From positions 1-64,000 of IMG/VR virus record IMGVR_UViG_3300029288_003882: a stretch of DNA of 64,000 bases; one strand, written 5' to 3'. A program made the translations under genes and the position numbers. Under the pieces are notes generated by a model that searched no databases, was not told the origin of the DNA, and saw nothing but the letters and a program-made list of their open reading frames with translations. The DNA comes from a virus (lineage: Duplodnaviria > Caudoviricetes). Of the stretch, positions 1 through 9,433 are shown piece after piece; within the stretch, counting starts at the first letter, position 1, and every line of letters begins with the position of its first letter.

Positions 1-2
1 GG

Positions 3-545
3 TGGGGGGCGTGGTCACTTGCAACGCTTGAACTAATGACCTGCGGAAAACCAATTCTTGCAATCGATGGACGTTCTGCGCCCGAACTTTTGGGAAAAGA
101 TTACCCATTATTTTTCGCCAAGGCGACTGAAGACAAAGACGCATACAAAGGCTTCCGAAGAAAACTTTTATCGATGATAACTGATAAAGAAATGTGCAAG
201 AAAGTTGGTGAGAAAAACCGCGAAAGAGTAAAATCGATGTTCGATTGGGAAAAGACCATCTTTGAGTGGGATGATCTTATATTGAAGCATTGCGATTTTG
301 ATTTATCGAACGACGACTCGGAAGGTAAATTGAAGTTGCTTGAATACGTCAAGAAGAAAGGCTCCGCTTCGAAGCGTGATATATTAAATCAATTCGGGGG
401 CGCTATTTCTTATACAAGATACAGGAAATACCTCCTGACGCATGGGATATACGACGATTACACGAAAGCGGAGGTTGAATACACATCAACGATGCCGACA
501 GAAGGCTTCAAGGAAGCGTCGGAAGATTGGGAGGAATTGTTTTGA
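3..545 (+). CDS. GT-B (GT4-like) glycosyltransferase C-terminal part fused to a probable winged-helix domain; 5'-truncated by window edge
   Basis: Frame is open from base 3 (WGAWSLATLELMTCGKPIL, matching the GT4 E-x7-E-AM-x-G-x-P region), then FDWEKT helix, then LLEYVKKKGSASKRDILNQFGG wHTH-like segment. Confidence 0.7.
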   Translation, partial: WGAWSLATLELMTCGKPILAIDGRSAPELLGKDYPLFFAKATEDKDAYKGFRRKLLSMITDKEMCKKVGEKNRERVKSMFDWEKTIFEWDDLILKHCDFDLSNDDSEGKLKLLEYVKKKGSASKRDILNQFGGAISYTRYRKYLLTHGIYDDYTKAEVEYTSTMPTEGFKEASEDWEELF

Positions 546-1063
546 ACCCAGTCGCCGTTTTCAAGGATATATATCAAGATTGCCTCTGCGAAGACATCGG
601 CGAAATGACATGCGCCAAAGAATACACCATAATTATCCGCCCGTTCAATTTCAACTTTGACGAATACATAACTAAGACAATGCAAGATTATATGGAACGG
701 ATATGTCCACCTGGAAATGATATGACCAAGGACATCGTTAATAGTATCGACGAAGTTCTAAAATCAGGAACTTTCCCGTATGCAAGACTAAACAAAACGG
801 TGATCACCGACAAGAAATTTTATACCGTTGTTCCTGAAAAGAAATATTTCTCATTTTCTGGTAGATACATCAACAACGCAAAGAAGATTTTGGGCGACGA
901 TTGCGAAATATTTTTACCCACTGTTTGTATCGTGGGTTATGCGCTTGCAAAGGATAAAAAATATATCGTGATGTTCTCGCCTGAAATCGGTGACGAACTT
1001 AATATTACCGAAGAAACAAAAGAGGAAAAGACCGACGATCTTGACGACAATAATTTATGGTGA
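542..1063 (+). CDS. hypothetical replication-operon protein
   Basis: ORF 527..1063; likely TTG start at 542 after GGAGG, overlapping upstream TGA; ends DDLDDNNLW. Confidence 0.7.
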   Translation: MNPVAVFKDIYQDCLCEDIGEMTCAKEYTIIIRPFNFNFDEYITKTMQDYMERICPPGNDMTKDIVNSIDEVLKSGTFPYARLNKTVITDKKFYTVVPEKKYFSFSGRYINNAKKILGDDCEIFLPTVCIVGYALAKDKKYIVMFSPEIGDELNITEETKEEKTDDLDDNNLW

Positions 1064-1067
1064 TTTT

Positions 1068-1349
1068 ATGCCATTTGCACAACAAAATCCAGAAGTCTAT
1101 AAGAAGATAAAGAACGAAAGATATGGCTACATTTGCCCGGAATGTGGCAACGTCGAAAAGTTCCAGCAATATATTAATTGCGTCAAGGATTTAATGCAAG
1201 ATGATAAGACAGGCAAAATCATATGGTATGGAAATGATACCGATATGAATTTGAAGCCTCATGTTACCGAAGTTCAATGCGCAGAATGTGGTGCAACGGC
1301 ACAAAAATGCAAGAAAGGAATTACTTTTGAGATGGAGTTCGTCATATGA
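1068..1349 (+). CDS. zinc-ribbon protein
   Basis: CPECG ... CAECG; GGTGA SD before ATG 1068. Confidence 0.75.
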   Translation: MPFAQQNPEVYKKIKNERYGYICPECGNVEKFQQYINCVKDLMQDDKTGKIIWYGNDTDMNLKPHVTEVQCAECGATAQKCKKGITFEMEFVI

Positions 1350-2149
1350 TAGAACAAAAAATAATTATTGGTGATTTCCTGGACGGGGGGGGCATTATTA
1401 AGGATAATAGTGTCGATCTAATTTTAACTGACCCACCGTATAATATATCCACAGAAATTACCATATTTCGTGGAAGCAACCCAATGAAGTTCAAAGGAAC
1501 GGATATTAAAGGTGATTTTGGTGAATGGGACCATTTTGAATCGGAGGAAAAATATATCGAATTCACTGAAGCATGGCTCGATCTATGTCATAAAAAATTA
1601 AGACCTGGTGGAATGTTCATATCATACTTTGACCGAGAAAGGATAAATTCTTTGTCGAATTATTTAAAAAAGAAATACAAATATAAATTTAAGGATTACT
1701 TTGCACATCTTAAAAATAATCCAGTACCGCAGGCAAGGATGGTAAAATGGATGTCTGCTTGGGAAATGGTTTGTATGTTGCAAAAACCAGAAGGTAAATT
1801 AACGTATAATTACAAATTGGGACAACAAAAGAATTATGCCATAGTATCTATCACAAGTCAAGGCGAAAGAATTGTTTCCGCGAAAGGGAAGACACATCCC
1901 ACGCAAAAGCCAGAATCGATAATCGAATTGTTCATTAAATATTGGTCGAACGAAGGTGATTTAATACTTGACCCATTCTGTGGGACAGGAACAACGTTAG
2001 CAATGGCGAAACGTTTAAGACGAAATGCCATCGGCTTCGAAATCGACGAAGACTGGAAGTACCCAGTTGAAAAGCGCATACAAGATACACACGAATCTGC
2101 AGAAGTCTATTTGCAAAATGATACACTTGACGAAGGTGAATTATTTTGA
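1346..2149 (+). CDS. DNA N4-cytosine/N6-adenine methyltransferase (beta class)
   Basis: LILTDPPY catalytic motif precedes DPFCGTGTT SAM-binding motif; HPTQKP motif. Confidence 0.93.
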   Translation: MIEQKIIIGDFLDGGGIIKDNSVDLILTDPPYNISTEITIFRGSNPMKFKGTDIKGDFGEWDHFESEEKYIEFTEAWLDLCHKKLRPGGMFISYFDRERINSLSNYLKKKYKYKFKDYFAHLKNNPVPQARMVKWMSAWEMVCMLQKPEGKLTYNYKLGQQKNYAIVSITSQGERIVSAKGKTHPTQKPESIIELFIKYWSNEGDLILDPFCGTGTTLAMAKRLRRNAIGFEIDEDWKYPVEKRIQDTHESAEVYLQNDTLDEGELF

Positions 2150-2301
2150 CCGAAGAAATCATAGATCACTATTGCACACGGTGTGGACGACGCTTGAAAA
2201 ATCCACAATTGATAAATGGAAAATATTACGGTGTCGTATGCGCCACAAAGATTGCAATATCAAACCATAGCCAGATCGGGACATTCGATGAGATGATTTA
2301 G
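2146..2301 (+). CDS. 51-aa zinc-finger microprotein (DUF6011-like), absent from ORF track
   Basis: Hand translation MTEEIIDHYCTRCGRRLKNPQLINGKYYGVVCATKIAISNHSQIGTFDEMI; TTG start 6 nt after GGTGA; fills the MTase-primase gap exactly. Confidence 0.65.
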   Translation: MTEEIIDHYCTRCGRRLKNPQLINGKYYGVVCATKIAISNHSQIGTFDEMI

Positions 2302-3459
2302 ATGGTGGTAAACGTTGAAAGGGATATTTACAGGAAGATATTACAACGGTACAACTTCGACATGTATCCCCGAACTGTGGGTTTTCCAGTCCAAAGGTTC
2401 ATTGGTGAATTTAAGGATTTCTGGAAATTTTTCGATTTCACCAGAGGTGAAAATACCTGTTTTACATCGACACAAAGTTATCCGAAATTAGCAATGAGTA
2501 ACAACAAGGTAAAACCCATTTCTATTTCGATGAACAACATTTTTTCAGATTTTGACGAATCGACAAAACCGGAAAATGCCTTGCGTGATTGCAGAAATAT
2601 GACCAACTTCCTTATCAATGAAAATATACCATTCATCAACAATTATTCTGGGTCCAAAGGATTCGCCAATTATATCATCTTGAAACCACAAACATACAAG
2701 TATATCGCCTCCCAAGATTCTGGTAAATCATTGAAGTTATTAATCTATGGTGTGCATTTGTTCTTTGAAAAAAAGTTTAAGATGACGACGATGGACAAAA
2801 AGGTTATGAAAGACCCAAAAAGATTATGTCGTATGCCTTACTCACCACATTGCAATCGTGAAAACTATTTGAGTGGGCGTCATTGTTATCCGTTGACAAT
2901 GGAACAATCCTTGAAATGGCAAATAAAGGAAATAACCGATTACGCATACAATCCAGAAGTTATCATACCAGAAGTCCAAGGAAAAATGATGACGTTAACC
3001 CAACTTGTCGATTATCTTAATGTTGACTTCGAGCAGGTTGAGCAGGAAATAGAATTCGCACCGACGAATAGGAAAGACGTTGGTCAAATTCAAGACGACG
3101 AAACGCAATTACTATTATGTATGCTCGACAAAATGAAGCCTTGCATAGCCAACAACTTGCGGACGATTAATCCTGATCATGATATGCGCTTCGCCTTCGC
3201 CGTGTGGATGAAAAGACTTGGTAAAACCCGTGAGGATGCAGAACGTCATTACGTCAATATCGGAAAACATTTCGGGTATGTTGACTTGCACAACGAAGAC
3301 GAAAGACGGGTACAGTTCGACAATATCTTTAATAATGATTATAAGTATGAACCCTCCTGCAATACAATTATACGGAATGGCTTTTGCATAGCCGAAAAAT
3401 GCGACCGTTTCCATTCAGCGTGGAAAGGTCACGAACATAAAAGGTTGGCGACGAAATGA
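2302..3459 (+). CDS. priS: archaeo-eukaryotic primase: PriS catalytic domain fused to PriL-type C-terminal Fe-S domain
   Basis: SDFD, YSGSKGF, D..RLCRMPYS (PriS motifs); KPCI...H..RFAF...PSC..I....C....C (PriL-CTD pattern). Confidence 0.85.
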   Translation: MVVNVERDIYRKILQRYNFDMYPRTVGFPVQRFIGEFKDFWKFFDFTRGENTCFTSTQSYPKLAMSNNKVKPISISMNNIFSDFDESTKPENALRDCRNMTNFLINENIPFINNYSGSKGFANYIILKPQTYKYIASQDSGKSLKLLIYGVHLFFEKKFKMTTMDKKVMKDPKRLCRMPYSPHCNRENYLSGRHCYPLTMEQSLKWQIKEITDYAYNPEVIIPEVQGKMMTLTQLVDYLNVDFEQVEQEIEFAPTNRKDVGQIQDDETQLLLCMLDKMKPCIANNLRTINPDHDMRFAFAVWMKRLGKTREDAERHYVNIGKHFGYVDLHNEDERRVQFDNIFNNDYKYEPSCNTIIRNGFCIAEKCDRFHSAWKGHEHKRLATK

Positions 3460-3728
3460 AAACAAAAAATGTGGACGAATTCATAGGCGTTATGCGAACG
3501 GTTGACCAGTTTTCATTCGACGAAATAATGCCCATAACTTTTGAGGAATGCCTCAAGAAGATCACTGTGGACCAGATTGATAATTTTGGTGATTTAACCG
3601 AGTGGTTGAAAGAAAAGGGATTTACTGAATTCGAACTCGGATTTATTCTCGGGTTCATTCATCACAAAGTGGCAAAGAACGAGGACAATGGTGGGGATAA
3701 TAAATATGAAATTCAGTACCTTCGTTAG
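3456..3728 (+). CDS. hypothetical protein
   Basis: 90-aa ORF with ATGA overlap on primase stop. Confidence 0.65.
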   Translation: MKTKNVDEFIGVMRTVDQFSFDEIMPITFEECLKKITVDQIDNFGDLTEWLKEKGFTEFELGFILGFIHHKVAKNEDNGGDNKYEIQYLR

Positions 3729-4542
3729 TTCGCCAAAGATTATACAAATGAAATTAGAATACGGCAATATCGCCGACTGGATAGCAATCGCTCGGCAAAG
3801 TATCGCAGAAAAGCAACCAACTTTTGAATTGAAAGGCGATACATTTACCATAAACGATGTGCAAGACCTTTTCCTCAAAAAAGTAGGATATGAATACGTC
3901 AAAAGAAAGCCTTGCATAGATCACCGCGAACTGGACGAAATGATAGATTTATCCAAGGAATTCGGGTTTGAGGTCGTTCAGTTGAAATTGGGCGAAGGTG
4001 ATTACCAGAGTGAACGATACGATACCCAAACAATCAACATAGAAAGAAAAGACAACGATTTTATCCCGTCTTTGTTCCACGACAAGCACATTTATGAGCA
4101 ACTAAATGCAATGAGAAAAAACCCGAACGTCAAGGCGTCTTATCTCATTTGCACAAAATCTTGGCAACAAATAAAGCGAGATATGGAATCAAGACATAAA
4201 CCATTACCACGCAACTTGTTAATATCGTATGTCGGTGAATTAGCATTGATGGGATATCCTCCGATATTCGTCGATGACTACCGCGATTATATGGATTTGG
4301 TTGAGTATCTCTTCGATGCATATTATAAAAATGTCAACCGCGCAAAACGTATTAATAATGCTATAAGTATAAAAGAAAAGAACATAATAAAATTTCCAGG
4401 AGTCTCGGACAAATTGGCGGAAAGATTGCTTGAAAAGTTCGGTTCAATTAAAGGGGTTTGCAATGCAACCCCAGAACAATTACTCGAGGTCAAAGGTATC
4501 GGCGAAAAGACCGCCCAAGAAATATACAAGTTGGTGAACTAA
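3688..4542 (+). CDS. ERCC4/XPF-family structure-specific nuclease with tandem HhH domain
   Basis: IDHRE, GDY, IERK nuclease motifs; PGVSDKLAERLLEKFGS and VKGIGEKTA HhH motifs; start 3688 or 3706. Confidence 0.88.
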   Translation: MVGIINMKFSTFVSSPKIIQMKLEYGNIADWIAIARQSIAEKQPTFELKGDTFTINDVQDLFLKKVGYEYVKRKPCIDHRELDEMIDLSKEFGFEVVQLKLGEGDYQSERYDTQTINIERKDNDFIPSLFHDKHIYEQLNAMRKNPNVKASYLICTKSWQQIKRDMESRHKPLPRNLLISYVGELALMGYPPIFVDDYRDYMDLVEYLFDAYYKNVNRAKRINNAISIKEKNIIKFPGVSDKLAERLLEKFGSIKGVCNATPEQLLEVKGIGEKTAQEIYKLVN

Positions 4543-5552
4543 TGAACTTCAATGAGAAATATCGGGTGAATTCTCTCGACGACATCAAAGGGCAAGAATA
4601 CGAAATTATGAAATTAAAAGCCATCGTGAAAAAAGTCCACGATCATATAGACGATGGCGACTGTCCGCATTTGTATTTTGAAGGCAAACCAGGAACTGGT
4701 AAAACCACCGTTGCAATCGCTTTCTTAAAAGACTTATTTGGTAAATCTTGGGATATGAACTTCAAAGAATTCAATGCATCGGAAACCAGAATCGAACAAA
4801 TAAGGACAGAAGTCATCGATTTGGCGCAAAAACAGGTTTTAGGTGAATACAAAACAAAAGACGGAAAGATTTACGACATACCATTTAATACTATATTCTT
4901 CGATGAAATCGATTATCTTCCCCCAAAATCACAGGCTATTCTGCGTCGTATTATGGAGGTCAATGCCACAAATACAAGGTTCATCTTATCCTGCAATTAC
5001 GGGCACAAAGTCATAGACGCTCTTAAAAGCAGATGCGTTTGTTGCCATTTCGGGAGTTTACGTCCAGATGCAATAAAGGAAATCTTGAACCCGATAATCA
5101 AAAAAGAAAGTATCAAGATTGAAGACGACGCTTTGGAACTTCTTGCGAATTCGTCAAGCGGTGACGCAAGAAAGGCGCAAAATATCCTATTCAAGGCGGC
5201 GCTTTCTGGTAAGGTGACAAAAGAAGAAATCGAACGGGCGACCACGTCGATACTCGAAGCATTCAATACCAAGATATTGGAACTTGCGATTGTATCGAAT
5301 GCGGCGAATGATGCAACATACGACAAGAACTTTAAGATAATAGAAAACCACATCAATAGGCTATACTATGAAAGAGGTTATTCCGCCACTCAAATCTTGA
5401 TTAATATCTTTGATAGTGTCAACAACGACGAAAAAATACCAATCCCTGTCAAGCGCAAATTATTCGGTTCTATTGCCGAATGTTTGCGGGATTGTTCTAT
5501 CGTGGACGATGACTTATATGCCTTAAAAATGTGGTTGAGGGGATTAAAATGA
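4542..5552 (+). CDS. rfcS: replication factor C small subunit (clamp loader)
   Basis: EKYR, GKPGTGKTT, FNAS, FFDEID, RFILSCNY, SRC motif; start taken at TAATG overlap. Confidence 0.93.
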   Translation: MNFNEKYRVNSLDDIKGQEYEIMKLKAIVKKVHDHIDDGDCPHLYFEGKPGTGKTTVAIAFLKDLFGKSWDMNFKEFNASETRIEQIRTEVIDLAQKQVLGEYKTKDGKIYDIPFNTIFFDEIDYLPPKSQAILRRIMEVNATNTRFILSCNYGHKVIDALKSRCVCCHFGSLRPDAIKEILNPIIKKESIKIEDDALELLANSSSGDARKAQNILFKAALSGKVTKEEIERATTSILEAFNTKILELAIVSNAANDATYDKNFKIIENHINRLYYERGYSATQILINIFDSVNNDEKIPIPVKRKLFGSIAECLRDCSIVDDDLYALKMWLRGLK

Positions 5553-6316
5553 AAGCCGTGGTCGACGTTCAACTATTGAAAAAATTTATCAACCAATTTC
5601 CGTTGATATACGACATTGCGCTTTATTTCCAAGACGACAAGATTTTTATCCAAGAGCAGGATTCTGGTCATTGCGCCATGATAATGTCGTCGATGAAGGT
5701 TTTAATGTCGGATAATTTTTGCACCAAGTTTAAGATCGCCGACGCAAACGATTGCCTAAAAGTTAAGGGTGATATTGTCATCGAACTAAAAGATAAAAAA
5801 TTACTCATCGATAACAAAACCATAAAATGCGAATTAATCACCGACGAACGCAAGACACCAAAAAATTTCGAATTCGATAATATGGTCTCAATCGATAGAA
5901 AATTATTAAGTTCTTTGAAGCCTATTGGTAATTATATCCACATAACGATGAACAGGAACGGGTTAAGAATTTATTCCAAAGACGAAGAAAAATCGGAAGA
6001 AATATACATACCAAAAGGGTCGTTTAGGTCGATGAAATGTGCCGGAGAATCCAGATCATTATACGGAAATAATTTGTTGGTGCCATTAATCAAAAATCTT
6101 CCAGGTGATATAATACAACTCGAATTCAAAAGTGGTTCGGACGAAGCCGAAAAATGTGCCCCTATGAGTATAAAATATAGGGATGAAAATATAGAAACCA
6201 ATATCTTCATTGCGCCAAGATTTTGCGACGAAGAACACAACGACATTAAAGATATTCCACCAATCGATGAAAAGAAATTCCAGTCTCAAACGTTCGACGA
6301 CGACGAACTATTTTAG
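5549..6316 (+). CDS. pcn: PCNA-like DNA sliding clamp
   Basis: QEQDSGHCAMI (D-x-x-h-V motif), two beta-rich halves, C-terminal PMSIKY...IFIAPR; lies between RFC and PolB. Confidence 0.82.
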   Translation: MKAVVDVQLLKKFINQFPLIYDIALYFQDDKIFIQEQDSGHCAMIMSSMKVLMSDNFCTKFKIADANDCLKVKGDIVIELKDKKLLIDNKTIKCELITDERKTPKNFEFDNMVSIDRKLLSSLKPIGNYIHITMNRNGLRIYSKDEEKSEEIYIPKGSFRSMKCAGESRSLYGNNLLVPLIKNLPGDIIQLEFKSGSDEAEKCAPMSIKYRDENIETNIFIAPRFCDEEHNDIKDIPPIDEKKFQSQTFDDDELF

Positions 6317-6324
6317 GTGACAAA

Positions 6325-9093
6325 ATGCCAAAAACTGGAAATTTGCGCCGTGAATTGATACGGGTAACAAAGATAGATTATTACCCACATCAAACGGATA
6401 AAACTGCTTTTCGTGATGAACTAATCACGATTATCTGGGGCGTAAATGAAGAACGCAAAAGGGTGGAATTGCATGTCAAAGGATGCATTCCTCGTTTTTG
6501 GGTAGACGAAGACCCAGAGGAAATAGAAATCGACGAAGAAATTAAAAAATATATTGTCAAAGTCAAGAAAGAAGGAAGATCATTCATCGACAATAAGGAA
6601 TTGTGGTGCATATACGTAAAATATCCTTATGGTTTAATCTTTCAACCATTGCGTTCATACTTCAAAAATCACTATCAAGCCGACGTTTATTTCCACGAAG
6701 CCGTTAGATACTTTTATGGCATCAAGACATACATATCCATCCCTTATCGAAAGTATTCCCTTAGCATTGGCGAAGTTGTCCCCGTCGATAATCCCGAAAA
6801 GAAGATACAAACGAACGATTATATCCTTGACATCGAAACAAGCGATACTAAAGGATTTGCCGCACCTCGGAACCCAAGTGCCGAAATACGTTGCTTGACA
6901 TTACGGTCAGTTGAAACGGGCGAAATATGGTCGGGCATCACGAAGAAGGTGGATAAAGCAATCGTGGAAAAATTGCTCAAGGATAAAGAACTTGTCAACG
7001 AAGCCGTTAAGCATGACGAAGATGTGGTTCCACCGCTTGAATCGAATTGTAGGATAAACATTTTCGAATTTTATAAGGGTGATCGGGAAGATAACGAACG
7101 GGAATTACTCAACTGGTTCAAATCAATCTTTGAAACGTTATCAATAACTACAATTGCAGAATATGGCGATTATGACCACTCATACATCATTGAACGGGTA
7201 AAATTAATGAATGGTAACATCAATTTGTGGAATCATAAGAACAAAGGCAATCGGCAATATTATCCAAGACACATCTTTAAACCTATTACCATCGGTGATT
7301 TGGAAAGATTTTATGAAAAGTTCGTAGGTTCGGCAAAAGCGTCTGGGAGAACTGCGCTTGAATGGATGGGGCAAGAAGAACTCGGATATGGTAAATTCCA
7401 GCGGGCAGGCATCGATGAACTTTATGAGAAGAATCCAGAATTTTTAATGGCATACAATATGTGGGATTGCATTTTGCCCGACCGTGTTATGAAGAAATGT
7501 GGCGAACTTCTGGAAATCCATAAAGAGGTTTGCGATTATATGGGATGCAATCTTGAAAGTTGGAATATGCCGATGCTTCAATGGGAAGCCATAGTAATGC
7601 ATCGATTGAAGAACAAGGAAATTTTACCATCTATTGACACAATTATCCGAGATGCAGGAATGGAAGCTGGGGGATTTGTAACTGAAAACGCCGCATGTGG
7701 AATGTTTGAAAATATGGTCGAGCTTGATAATAGTGGCGAATATAATGCGGTAGTCCTTACGGGCAACATCGATCATAAAACGCTTATACGAAACGACGCC
7801 GAACTAATGCAGGTAGAAAACGAAGGACTAAGAGTTGCCAAATTTCCGTCAGGTCGTTCCTATCTTCTTGATGTCAAAGGGATAATACCAGAAATTCTCA
7901 AAGAAATGATTAACAAGATTAACGAATATAAAAAATTAATAAAAGAGGCGAAGGCGCAACTCAAAGAACTACATAAAGAACCTGAAAAGAACAAAAAGGA
8001 AATCGAAGAACTGGAAGATCGCCTTGAAATTCTTGACCAGTTAAAATACGTCCCAAAATCGGGCACATTGTCATCAACTGGTCTTTATGGAACAGGTCGT
8101 GAAGGAAGAAAACGACCATTCAGACTTGCACACGGTGGAATGGCAAGCGATATAACGGAATGTGGTCGTTATCACGAAAGTTGGAATAAAGAATTTATAG
8201 AATCTCACAGTTATAACATGCGAACAAACGAACTTTGGAAACATGGTGAAGAACAAAAAGTTCCGATAGATGAAGCACCATTTAATACCCCAGAAGAATT
8301 CTTACGCCTCATTGTCATCGGACAAGACACCGATTCATGCAAATGTAAAATAGTTGGTAAACTTCCTGACTTGAAAGGTCGAGAAATGGAAACGTTCTTG
8401 ACTAAAATGGGTGATTGCTATTGCAAAGAACTTAATAAATCGTTTGACGAATTCGCCAAAAAAACCCTAAATGTAGATAAGCATTATTTCATGATAAAAT
8501 TGGACGCAACATACAAAAAATATTTCCAATGGGGTGCAAATAAAAATTATGTCTTCAAAGATTTCAACGACCAAATCCACTACAAAGGCGTCCGCCTTGT
8601 CAAGCGCGGTACTGCATTCATCATCCAAGAATTTATGAGAAAGTTCTTTGATATTGTCATGGCTGATATTCCTGTGGAAGAAATCAAGACCAAGATCACC
8701 GAATTAATGCGAACATACGAAGCGGATATTTTAGCGGGAAAATATACCATAGAATGTGGTGAACCTCGGAAGACGCATACGGAAACATTATATTGGGATT
8801 CAATGACGCATTCAAACACCATATTCAATAAAGAATTCCGTATGGACGAAGTTGCAATATTTTTCCCAGCTACTGCAATAGTGGGTCATCCTTTGCCAAA
8901 AAATAAACAAGTAGCCTTGGAATATGGTGATGACCCAATAAAATTTGGCATTAAACTTGATTATGAAGAGGTGTTAAGAAAAGTTAAAAAGTCAATTGAG
9001 ACAATCTTGTTAGCAATAGACAAGAACGCAACATGGGAAAATCTTGTCGAAGGAATAGAAAAAGGAAATATCGATGACGAAGAACTTTGGTGA
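6325..9093 (+). CDS. polB: family B DNA polymerase with 3'-5' exonuclease
   Basis: ExoI LDIET, ExoIII YNMWD, motif C DTDS, KNY and KGV motifs; motifs A and B divergent. Confidence 0.93.
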   Translation: MPKTGNLRRELIRVTKIDYYPHQTDKTAFRDELITIIWGVNEERKRVELHVKGCIPRFWVDEDPEEIEIDEEIKKYIVKVKKEGRSFIDNKELWCIYVKYPYGLIFQPLRSYFKNHYQADVYFHEAVRYFYGIKTYISIPYRKYSLSIGEVVPVDNPEKKIQTNDYILDIETSDTKGFAAPRNPSAEIRCLTLRSVETGEIWSGITKKVDKAIVEKLLKDKELVNEAVKHDEDVVPPLESNCRINIFEFYKGDREDNERELLNWFKSIFETLSITTIAEYGDYDHSYIIERVKLMNGNINLWNHKNKGNRQYYPRHIFKPITIGDLERFYEKFVGSAKASGRTALEWMGQEELGYGKFQRAGIDELYEKNPEFLMAYNMWDCILPDRVMKKCGELLEIHKEVCDYMGCNLESWNMPMLQWEAIVMHRLKNKEILPSIDTIIRDAGMEAGGFVTENAACGMFENMVELDNSGEYNAVVLTGNIDHKTLIRNDAELMQVENEGLRVAKFPSGRSYLLDVKGIIPEILKEMINKINEYKKLIKEAKAQLKELHKEPEKNKKEIEELEDRLEILDQLKYVPKSGTLSSTGLYGTGREGRKRPFRLAHGGMASDITECGRYHESWNKEFIESHSYNMRTNELWKHGEEQKVPIDEAPFNTPEEFLRLIVIGQDTDSCKCKIVGKLPDLKGREMETFLTKMGDCYCKELNKSFDEFAKKTLNVDKHYFMIKLDATYKKYFQWGANKNYVFKDFNDQIHYKGVRLVKRGTAFIIQEFMRKFFDIVMADIPVEEIKTKITELMRTYEADILAGKYTIECGEPRKTHTETLYWDSMTHSNTIFNKEFRMDEVAIFFPATAIVGHPLPKNKQVALEYGDDPIKFGIKLDYEEVLRKVKKSIETILLAIDKNATWENLVEGIEKGNIDDEELW

Positions 9094-9097
9094 TACA

Positions 9098-9433
9098 ATG
9101 GGAAAATTCGGCAAACTAATGCGGGTATGTGTGGGCGAGGTTGGCAAGCCTTCGTTTTTTGGTGAGGTCATAAGTCCTTATACGAAGATAGAACTTTTGA
9201 AAAATGCAAGAGTTACGCCAGCATTCAATGACGACAACGCAGTAGGAATTGTGGACAGGATTGAAGTCATCGACGGGAAAATAATGGCTGATATCCGCGT
9301 CGATGAAGGCTGGTTTAACAAGACTATAAAGGTCAACTTTGCACCTGCTGGATACGCCGATGAATTCGACAAGAAGACAAAGAAAATATCCAAGTTCATC
9401 GTGACCTCCATTGGCGCAACGTTCACGGGATGA
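9098..9433 (+). CDS. hypothetical protein
   Basis: GGTGA SD then ATG 9098; stop overlaps rfcL start. Confidence 0.65.
   Translation: MGKFGKLMRVCVGEVGKPSFFGEVISPYTKIELLKNARVTPAFNDDNAVGIVDRIEVIDGKIMADIRVDEGWFNKTIKVNFAPAGYADEFDKKTKKISKFIVTSIGATFTG

Noticed and set aside
6325-9093. Intein in PolB (also checked RFC subunits and TerL)
   Set aside because: No C/S...HN splice junctions or LAGLIDADG blocks, and motif spacing leaves no room for one.
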